From assembly GCF_009914755.1 (NCBI RefSeq), contig NC_060933.1: DNA of 64,000 bases. One strand, written 5' to 3'. The stretch comes from the human T2T-CHM13v2.0 reference genome, Homo sapiens. Below, piece by piece: positions 48,591-64,000 of this stretch. The translations under genes and the position numbers were made by a program. The stretch's first letter is position 1. Every line of letters begins with the position of its first letter. The notes beneath the pieces are model-generated. The model did no database searches. It was not told the DNA's origin and saw only the letters and a list, made by a program, of their open reading frames with translations.

Positions 48591-49879
48591 GAGATGTCCA
48601 AGTTTGATATACACATATTAAAATCTCTCACTATAATTATTTTGTTTATTTCACTAGTCAATAAAAGATTAAAGAATCATACAATAGTCAATCAAGACAC
48701 AAGAGCTAAAGTAATCCCTTTGTTAAGCACCAAATGAATCAGAAAAACATTAAAGGAATTCTGTCAATAAAACTCTCTATAGCTAAACACATTGTGGATT
48801 AAATTATATATTTTTTCAGAAAAAAAATTCTTTTTCTGTTGATGTCTAATTAAATCCCTCACGCACAAGAACTACACATCAGATTATTTACCTCTTCCCA
48901 GCCTGCAAGTCGTAATTATTTCCCTTTGCTCATTTTTAATGTTGGCTTTTGTATGACTGAAAATGACTGTGCAATTAGATAATGCCATTTAAAAATATAT
49001 ATATATATTAGGTTTTTCTCCAGAAACAGAGCTATATATAATGAATACAGTGATGATGAACTAAAAAGCAATTCAGAAACTTTTTATTATAATACAAAGT
49101 CCTCTTAAGCTAGCCTACAAATATGATTGTGAGCAAGTAACTTGACTGCATTGTTCACCTTTAAAGAGATTTCTTCTCTTTTTGTAAGTCCTCTTTGGGT
49201 TTTAAATAAAGGGGTAGATAACATGCAAGACTCAATTGTGTTGTGTCTACGGAGTCGTCTCACACAGAAAGAAATGAGTCACAGAAGGAGGAAAAATGCC
49301 CTCATGACCACCTTTGCTATTAGTGATATTGGCTTACAGCCTTTTAGATTTGGGGGATAGAGCACGTGGAAAACAGCAGGAAAGGACGCAGAGGGTGACT
49401 ATTACAGTAACAACAGCTGTTTTCAATTATTCAGCATGTTTACATTCCACACTGGCACAGCAAATGATTGGGAAATGATTCTTTACCTGGCCAAATGTCT
49501 GGACGTTGACCTTGAAGTTAACTGTTGCTCCAGACACTTGTGAAATGAACTCCCCTAAACCTGTCACCGGTCAGAGCATTTTTTCCATTTTAAAAACATA
49601 AGTTTTTTAATGAATATAGAAACTACCACTGTAATCTCTTATCTTTGGAAGGGGGGCTAAATTATTTTTTCTCAAAATTCTTTTGAATTAAAAGCGACTT
49701 GCCTTGTCAAAGATGTCTTACTTCGTCCTAAGCAGTATTTAGCATCTACCAAAGTTGATATTTTCTTAAGCCTGCTCATTGTTGTGTAGTTACTTAGGAC
49801 AGAAAAGAAACAAAGAATGCAGATGAATAAATGTATTAAACCAATTTCACAGGCAAGTTTCCCTTGAAAAACAACTCCT

Positions 49880-50090
49880 TGCCATAATCATCACATTCAT
49901 TGAGTGACCATCTACCAAATGCTTTACTCCCATGATTTCATGTAATATTGACATTCACCCTACAAAGTAGATGGTATTACAGTGTCTGTTTTACAAGTGA
50001 GAAATCCGAGGAACAGGAAGTCAATTTGCCAAGTGTTGCACAGCTAAATCGAGATTCCAGAGAATGTCACCTCAAAGCTTCTAGTGGGGC
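49880..50090. mobile_element. MIR SINE
   Basis: TTTTACAAGTGAGAAATCCGAGG..TTGCCAAGTGTTGCACAGCT core. Confidence 0.65.
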
Positions 50091-50149
50091 TGTCATGTAG
50101 GTTGTGGTCGCTTTGGATAACAGGAGACGCTAAGGAAAATCAGTACTGG

Positions 50150-50900
50150 TTACTGAGGATGGAAGAGGCGCAGATATTTCACCACAGGCGACGAAAACCC
50201 CACTTTTAGGCTGGCCACACAGGAGCCCCGAGGAAACTATGCGTCCCCTTCCTCCCCGCCCCCACACTGCCCTGGCCTGGGCGGAGCAGCGGCCGCAGTG
50301 TAACTGCTGTTGCCCAGATCGAACCAAGCCCGGTCCCAGTGACGAGCAGCGCCTGCGGGGCCAGAGCGTCTGGGAGCCTTTCATGACCCCAAAGCCCAGG
50401 GAGGTCCCCGCACCATCGGCCCCGCGCCCTAGCTCGGTCCGCCGTCGAGGGTGCCTGGAAGTCCCCTGCGGGCGCCGGGGAGAAAGCCCGGGGCTTAGCC
50501 TCCTCCATCCCCAGCCATCTGTCACCGCCTCCTAGGCCCCGGCTGGAGCCCCATGGGCGCCTCCCGCGCCTACCAAGGAGCCAGGGAGACAAGGATCCCG
50601 GAGACCTCTGGGGCGCCCTCCAGCTGAGGATTCCGCCGCGGCTCCCGCAGCCGCTTCTCCCCATTCGGTGCAGCCCACCTGGCCCAGCTCTCGGCCGGTC
50701 TCCCTCGGAGGTCCGAAAAGGGAGAGGGCGGGCCAGGGCTCCCCGCTGGCCGGAGCCGCAGCCCCTTTCCCCCTCCCCCACCCAGGGACCCTTCCCGGAC
50801 CCTCCTGGGCGCAGCCCTCACCTGCTGCCCGCACCGCCTCCGAGGAAGGCCCTCGGGCTCCACCTGGCCTCATCACCGCTTCCCTTATCCGGGAGGAGGA
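50150..50900. promoter_or_regulatory. CpG island, candidate promoter with a minus-strand first-exon donor at 50822|50821
   Basis: Non-repeat, GC- and CpG-dense stretch of about 750 bp; GC boxes near 50254 and 50726; minus-strand CAG|GTGAGG followed by G-runs. Confidence 0.85.
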
Positions 50901-52652
50901 GGAAACTCAACCCTCTAGGCCAGGCCCTGTGCTCACTTTAGATACTTTATTTCGTTTAATTCTTAGGGTTTTAACCCCTGAGTTTAAGGCGAAGGATCCG
51001 AGGTTCCGAAAAGCCATGCAGAGCAGGGAGGATTCAAACAGCCAAACCTGCTGGTCTCCGTGCTCTTGGTAGCGGAAGAGATTTTGATGGAGTAAGTCGT
51101 TTTTTAGCTATACTCCCTCTGTTAACATAATTAAAACTGGACCACCACCTTCTGGAAAGAAAGGCAGCTGGACAGCACAAGGGCTTTTATGAAAGGGACT
51201 AAAGGAAGATAGCATACCCCCAGCCCTCGTCTCAGCTTGGTAATTCTCATTTGCCTTTGAACGTTAACAGAAATTCCAGGCTCAGTAACCAGTTTCAGGA
51301 AAATGCTGTGCGTGAATACAAGAGGAGGCGCCTTGGCATAGGGGAAGCATTCTGTCCTCTGATGGACAGATCCTCCACTCCCGTCTTGGCCTGTGACACA
51401 AACACCTTGAGTTGTAAATTCCTCGAGCAAAGTGAGGCATTTTGGCATTTGCCAGGGGTGGTGACTGACACACAGGGAGCCTCAGTACTGTTTATTTGGT
51501 GTCTCCATACCTAGCAGACCACATTTTCCAGGCCCCAAGTAGGGGGTGGGAGGGATCTCATTTTAAAGAGATCAGTTGATATTTCTCTTGGCAAATCTAG
51601 CACAGGACTTTTGTCCCCAAAGACTTCTGTTCTCACTGCTTGCCCACATGCCTGGGCAGCCTAATGCTCTCTACGCCCATCTTTCCTTCAGGAATGAGTT
51701 CCCATCTCTTTCTCAACAGTGGACACCACTCCAGTGTTCCTCCCACCACCTTTAACTGAAAAAACAAACTGCCTTTACAGAACACTGTGCACACAGGTCA
51801 GCCTGGCTCCTGGAAATGCAAACTGGAGTTTCAAAAAGATGAAAACATTCCTGGAGAATTTTTGGTGTTTTGGAGAGTGCCTCTGGGCAGATCACACACT
51901 GTGACAAGTTCCTCAATTGTGAAAATTCAATCATGCTTTCCACAAAGAACTGACTTTTCACACTTAACACTGGAGGTTGCTCATTTTCCCCCAAATCTTG
52001 AAGTGGATTTGGGATTAAGATACCAAAGCAAATGCATAGTTCTTTGAGCACTGCTCCTATCTCATGGTGTCTGCATACTGGCAGACAGACACAGGCAGGA
52101 AGTAGGGGGCCTCTGCTGATGGTTTCCTTGGAGTTAGAAAGGTTTGACACATCCAGCCCAGAGAAGGCAGAGGCTCCTGTAACCCCACCCTGCTGCCAGC
52201 TGTCAGTAGAAGAAAAACAGCTGGAGGAGGGGGGAGATCTCACACTCCAGTCTCCCTAATTTGCATGGCTTTCTGCTAGCAACTGTATTCTTTCCTCTTA
52301 AAATTATTGTAATCACAAATTCTCATTATTAGGGACATGGGACATTGGGAGAGGAGGAAACACTTTATATTAAAAAATTTCCGCTTGGTTCCAAGATGGC
52401 CGAATAGGAACAGCTCCAGTCTGCAGCTCCCAGCGTGATCGACACAGAAGACGGGTGATTTCCGCATTTCCAACTGAGGTACCTGGTTCATCTCATTGGG
52501 ACTGGTTGGACAGTGGGTGCAGCCCACAGAGGGTGAGCCAAAGCAGGGCAGGGCATCACCTCACCCAGGAAGCCCAAGGGGTCAGGGGATTTCCCTTTCC
52601 TAGCCAAGGGCAGCCATGACAGACTGTGCCTGGAAAAATGGGACACTCCCGC

Positions 52653-52820
52653 CTAAATACTACACTTTGCCAATGGTCTTAGCAAATGGCACACCAGGAG
52701 ATTATATCCCGCGCCTGGCTTGGCGGGTCCCACGCCCACGGAGCCTTGCTCACTGCTAGCGCAGCAGTCTGAGATCGACCTGTGAGGCAGCAGCCTGGCA
52801 GCGGCAGGGGCGTCCGCCAT
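52653..52820 (-). other. L1 antisense ORF0 homologue (55 aa, truncated)
   Basis: MADAPAAARLLPHRSISDCCASSEQGSVGVGPAKPGAGYNL.. resembles primate L1 ORF0 (MAGAPPPASLPPCSLISDCCAS..). Confidence 0.75.
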
Positions 52821-53413
52821 TGCTAAGGCTTGAGTAGGTAAACAAAGCAGCTGGGGAAGCTTGAACTGGGTGGAGCCCACCACAGCTCAGCAAGGCCTGC
52901 TGCCTCTGTTGACTCCACCTCTGGGGGCAGGGCATAGCTGAACAAAAGGCAGCAGAAACTTCTGCAGACTTAAACGTCCCTGTCTGACAGCTCTGGAGAG
53001 CTGTGTTCTCCCAACATGGCGTTTGAGCTCTGAGGACAGACTGCCTCCTCAAGTGGGTCCCTGACCCCCGTGTAGCCTAACTAGGAGACATCTCCCAGTA
53101 GGGGCTGACTGACACTTCATACAGGCAGGTGCTCCTCTGGGACGAAGCTTCCAGAGGAAGGATAAGGCATCAATATTTGCTGTTCTGTAATATTTGCTGT
53201 TCTGCAGCCTCCGCTGGTGATACCCAGGCAAACAGGGTCTGGAGTGGACCTCCAGCAAATTCCAACAGACCTGCAGCTGAGGGACCTGACTGTTAGAAGG
53301 AAAACTAACAAACAGAAAGGAATAGCATCAACATCAACAAAATGGACATCCACACCAAAACCCCATCTGTAGGTCACCGACATCAAAGACCAAAGGTAGA
53401 TAAAACCACAAAG

Positions 53414-54432
53414 ATGGGGAGAAACCAGAGAAGAAAAGCTGAAAATTCTAAAAACCAAAGCGCCTATACTCCCCAAAGCATCACAGCTCCTCGCCAGCAA
53501 CAGAACAAAGCTGGACGGAGAATGACTTTCACGAGTTGACAAAAGTAGGCTTCAGAAGGTTGGTAATAACAAACTTCTCCAAGCTAAAAGAGGATGTTCG
53601 AACCCATAGCAAGGAAGCTAAAAACCTTGAAAAAAGGTTAGATGAATGGCTAACTAGAATAAACAGCATAGAGAAGACCTTAAATGACCTGATGGAGCTG
53701 AAAACCATGGCACGAGAACTACGTGACGCATGCACAAGCTTCAGTAGCCAATTCAATCAAGTGGAAGAAAGGGTATCAGTGACTGAAGATCAAATGAATG
53801 AAATGAAGCGAGAAGAGAAGTTTAGAGAAAAAAGAGTAAAAAGAAACAAACAAAGCCTCCAAGAAATATGGGACTATGTGAAAAGACCAAATCGACATCT
53901 GATTGGTGTACCTGAAAGTGACAGGGAGAGTGGAACCAAGTTGGAAAACACTCTTCAGGATATTATCCAGGAGAAATTCCCCAACCTAGCAAGGTAGGCT
54001 GACATTCAAATTCAGGAAATACAGAGAACACCACAAAGATACTCCTTGAGAAGAGCAACTCCAAGACATAATTGTCAGATTCACCAAGGTTGAAATGAAG
54101 GAAAAAATGCTAAGGGCAGCCAGAAAGGTCAGGTTACCCACAAAGGGAAGCCCATCAGACTAATAGCAGATCTCTCGGCAGAAACTCTACAAGGCTGAAG
54201 AGAGTGGGGGCCAATATTCGACATTCTTAAAGAGAAGAATTTTCAGCCCAGAATGTCATATCCAGCCAAACTAAGCTTCATAAGTGAAGGAGAAATAATA
54301 TCCTTTACAAACAAGCAAATGCTGAGAGATTTTGTCACCACCAGGCCTGCCTTGCAAGAGCCCCTGAAGGAAGCACTAAACATGGAAAGGAACGACTGGT
54401 ACCAGCCACTGCAAAAACATGCCATATTGTAA
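53414..54432 (+). pseudogene. Disrupted L1 ORF1
   Basis: MGRNQRRK start; early frameshift; stop at 53995; ORF1p-like coiled-coil text in ORF 53536-53997. Confidence 0.9.
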
Positions 54433-54495
54433 AGACCATCAATGCTAGGAAGAAACTGCATCAACTAACAAGCAAAATAACCAGCTAACATCATA

Positions 54496-58324
<3,829 letters not shown>

Positions 58325-58410
58325 ACAATAAGAACACTTGGACACAGGGTGGGGAACATCACACACCAGGGCCTGTCGTGGGGTAGGGGGCTGGGGGAGG
58401 GATAGCATTA

Positions 58411-58834
<424 letters not shown>

Positions 58835-59449
58835 GTTTTCAATTTTTAAATTTCTACTGCTATCAGCTTTTTATTCTGAATATTGTTTATTTTTGCCTTC
58901 TTTATAAATCAGCTTATGTCATTATTACTGTTATATGCAATATATGTTTTACATAAGAAAATAAATGTCTTTTCTCACTAAAAAAAAAAATATTCCCCAT
59001 CTGATAATGCTTAAAAATGCTTCAACTGGACATTCACGGAAATGAATCTAAATAACAATCTTACCCCTTTCACAAAAATTAACTCATAGACATAATGGAT
59101 CACAGACATAAATATAAAACATAAAAGTATAAAACTCCTAGAAGATAATATAGGAGAAAATCTAGGTATCTAGGTGACCTTGAGTTTAGCAATGACTTTA
59201 CAACACCAAAATACAATTTACAAAAGATAAAATGTAAAAATTGGACTTCGTTAAAATTAAAAATCCTTCAATTGAGGACAAAGCTTTTTGTTGTACAAAA
59301 AGAATTGAAATGCAAATTCCTGTCTGGAAAAGATAATAGTGATCTGTAAAATCATGCTGAAGTATAAAAGACTAATAGCAGATCCTGTGTTTCTGTGCTC
59401 GGGGGTAGAAGGCTACTCATGTATAAGAAAATAGGAAGAAACAATATTT

Positions 59450-60483
<1,034 letters not shown>

Positions 60484-61883
60484 TAATCAAGTATATAATC
60501 TTTGTTTGTCTCTCAAAAATATATTAAAAGGGACTCATTTATACCCAGAGAGACCAACCCTTCTTCAAATCCCCTTCTTTTCCCCAAATCTCCCAGAGCC
60601 CTCCAAAGCTCCCACTTCCCAGATGCCTCAAAGTCTGCCCCAAATATTCACCTATCTTTTTCAGTCCTTCACCCCCTTCTGTCTTCACTATGTAGATTGG
60701 TTTAGCTTCACTAACTTCTTTGTTTTCTTTCCACTTCTCCCATTACTTGATTTCTCTAACACAAAGGATGTTCTGGGAACTGATCCAACAAGCCAAAATT
60801 CTAACCATTCTTCTCATTTTCCATCTTTTCTTCCCCTTTTCCTGATACTTTTGTTAAAATCTGGGGACCAGGCCAAATACATAAATCAATCTATAAATCT
60901 TATTCCCCAAACCCATCCCATCACGAATGTTTCAGAGTCAAAGTCAATACTGAAAGAGAAGCCCTAGGGAACCAAGAGGATTCACCCCCAGAATTCAAGG
61001 TGGTTCAGTATTTGGAAACCAAATGTAACATTTCATATCAACATAATTTACAAGGGAAATCATGGGATCTCAATGGGTGGTGAAAGGCATTTGTAAGTAC
61101 AAACAGAAAGTTGCTATGGACAGCAATTTTGAATAACTAAAATGTAGTTGGTGTCTCGCAGACATTGAGGTTAGGGGCAAACAGAGAAAAAGCCACTATT
61201 TTTCTAGATCTAGTGTTAGGAATATCAGATCCATCAGATCAAATGAATTACCTTCACGTGTGTCATTCTCAGACTCAAGCAAATTTGGTCTTGAAATCTG
61301 GCCTTGCAGGATGCCTGTCTCTGGAGGGCCACAGAACACTCGAATGGAACTGGCATTATTTGTAAAAAAAAAAAAAAAATTAGCCACTTTTTGTTGTATC
61401 AGCTATTAATATAAATAATTGAATGTTGATTACATTCCTTTGTGACCTATCACTTTTTAAAAATAAAATTTGAGGCTTTTTTCACACTCCCAAATATGTA
61501 TTCACTGTAGCTAATTTAGAAGCGTGCACAACAATATAACACAATTTAAATTATCCACATTCTTACCACCAAGAGAGGACCGCTAATTAACGTTTTAGTA
61601 TATTCTCTCCCAGCATGAATTTGGGAATGCAAGCACTCTTGATGTTTAATTAGGACATAAGTTGGTTGCTGATATTATAACAGTCACTTCTATGTTTCAA
61701 ATCCCTCAATGGAACATCAGAGGCTACTAGAATAAAGAGTTCTGATAGATTCTCCAGGCAAGAGATTAAACTTTGCCCCAAAGCACCAGAGAGATTAGAT
61801 GCCCAGTGGTAGCAGAGTGACTTTCTGTGTGTAGTTTGGAAAAAAGCACTGCCAGTTGGTTCAAAATAATTAGAATCTAGGGG

Positions 61884-61885
<2 letters not shown>

Positions 61886-61927
<42 letters not shown>
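61886..61927. repeat. (CA)n microsatellite, about 20 units
   Basis: Pure AC run, likely polymorphic. Confidence 0.95.
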
Positions 61928-61933
<6 letters not shown>

Positions 61934-62579
61934 CAGCTGAGAAGACCTGCCCTAGAAAATCCATGGATTATTGATTTTTGGGGTGCTTCCCTTGAAATTA
62001 CATGCAAAACATATGGGAAAGGGGCTATCATCTTCACCAAATTTTGGATCTATGACTCCCTCAAAATGTCAGGACCCCTGGTACATAAAGTCCTTTTCAA
62101 TTTTAATATTCTTGTACTCTTTGGCATTGGAGCTTTTATTCTGCCTGCTTAAAAGACAGAAGGCTTGGAAGAGATGGAAGACAGATGAAGCTAGGTTCTT
62201 CTATCAAAAGGAGGTTTGCGGGGAAGCTGGCCCATGGAAAATGCAGACACAGCCCTTTACCTTCTCTGTATATTGACCGTCCTGCTTTGACAGTGCTTCC
62301 TCTAATATTTGACCACCAGCGACTTAGCAATTGTCGATGTAAAAATGATGCCATTTTTGAAGAATATGCCCAAAAGAAGTGTCTGCTACCAGTGCTACTC
62401 CCAGGTATTCTTGTGATGTGAACAACAGTCACTAACTTGGGGTCAAATTAAGAAAATTTGCCAGCATATTTTCAATGCCTACCATGCATTGACATGCCCC
62501 AAGACCCATTTCATGATTGCCAGAATCAGGCTTCAACCTTGGCTCTAGCCAACTTATTATTTTTTTTAATAGAAAGAAT

Positions 62580-62888
<309 letters not shown>

Positions 62889-63154
62889 TTCCAGCCAACT
62901 TTAGAGTCTATTTCACCTCTCAGCCAAACAGCCTCCCAGTCAATCGTGTATGTTTTGTATTTTGACCCACACACTGGTTTTCCCTCAAACTTCTATCTTA
63001 ATTAGGAGATACGTTAAACACACATCAGTCTTATTTTAAAAGCCCCTTAAATATTTTATTTTGAAGCATTGATTCTGAAACATAAGATACTTTATAAAAG
63101 GGCTTCAAAAACAGCTTTGTCTTGTGGAAGACAATTAAAAATTTATTGTTCAAA

Positions 63155-63173
63155 TGCTGCCATCTGGTGGCCA
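63155..63173 (-). promoter_or_regulatory. CTCF binding motif
   Basis: Minus strand TGGCCACCAGATGGCAGCA matches the CCASYAGRKGGCRS core at all 14 positions, in non-repeat sequence. Confidence 0.75.
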
Positions 63174-64000
63174 AACATGGCAAGCCCCGAAAATAGACCA
63201 TTCACAGAAAAGATACGGAAAACCCCAGTTTCCCTAATCACTTGCTTTGTTAGCAAAGATTTGGAAAATTCTGTGGAAAAATATTAACATGCTTATGTTC
63301 CACTAATTCTAACCTGTAAGATATACTTTTTTCCCATAAACAATGGCAGTAAGATGTTTATCAGAATGTTTCCAAAGTCATATGAAGGAAAAATGAAGAA
63401 GGCAAGAAAAAATGTTTAAATAAAAAAAATTAAAGATCAACACCTGTGAAAAAAAGGGATTAAAAAATAAAAATAACTGTTTCTAAGGGCAAAGATGCAG
63501 ACTCACTGGACAACATGCTTGCCAATCAAATTCAGATGTAACAGAAAAAGTTATCTTTTCTACATCCATTCCAAGTGTATTGACACAGGTGTCATTCACT
63601 CAACGAAATTTTATTGCAAGGCTGTTTTGTTCCATATTCTTTTAATTTCGTTGGGTACATGATGGAGAACCAAAAAAACTACCTTTCCTAGAGAACCTCA
63701 TGAGAAACAGGGACCCCACACCGTAAGATTGTACGTACGGTTGCACCCTATGTGGCCCTCAGTCTCAAGTGAGTGTGAGCTAAAAGCTTCTGCTTGCAGG
63801 GCATGCCTTTTCTCATTCACATAAAGGGGACATAGAGGCTTTGAGCTACTGCGGGGATGTGGGGGATTCAGATACCTATTGGGGCCTCCCTCCCACATCT
63901 TGGGTCTCTTTCCTAATGCCTGGCCAGCTGGAGGGAACACATTTTAGTATTTGACCTATTGACCCTCTTGCTTTGTCATGAACATCTTCCACTTTGTGGG

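Noticed and set aside
50130-51072. Several overlapping 97-191-aa ORFs in the CpG island
   Set aside because: Stop codons are scarce in GC-rich DNA; the products are low-complexity G/P/R/A and resemble no protein I recognise.
62136-62432. Overlapping short ORFs in unique sequence
   Set aside because: No recognisable homology or convincing exon structure.

Overview
Human or great-ape genomic DNA, repeat-dense, with no intact protein-coding gene that I can recognise. The main features are: a near-complete processed ASS1 pseudogene (40475-42047, +); an old, heavily decayed processed MRGBP pseudogene (33596-34114, +) that the ORF track only partly shows; a CpG island with a minus-strand first-exon-like splice donor (~50150-50900); a full-length but inactive L1PA6-like LINE-1 (52386-58530, +) lying head-to-head with that island; solo LTRs (LTR12, LTR1, MER50, LTR14A, LTR5A, MER21, MER41-type, THE1/MST/MLT); Tigger and MER DNA transposons; about 30 Alu copies; and a strong CTCF motif at 63155-63173. 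The most unusual signal is a cluster of short, locally templated copies that transposition does not explain: a 225-bp inverted duplication, a 124-bp direct copy ending in a perfect fold-back hairpin, a 68-bp direct copy 4 kb from its twin, and an internally inverted MLT2. There is also an Alu with twin-priming-type 5' inversion. I found no convincing new multi-gene system. Repeat subfamily names come from remembered consensus sequences and need RepeatMasker/Dfam confirmation.
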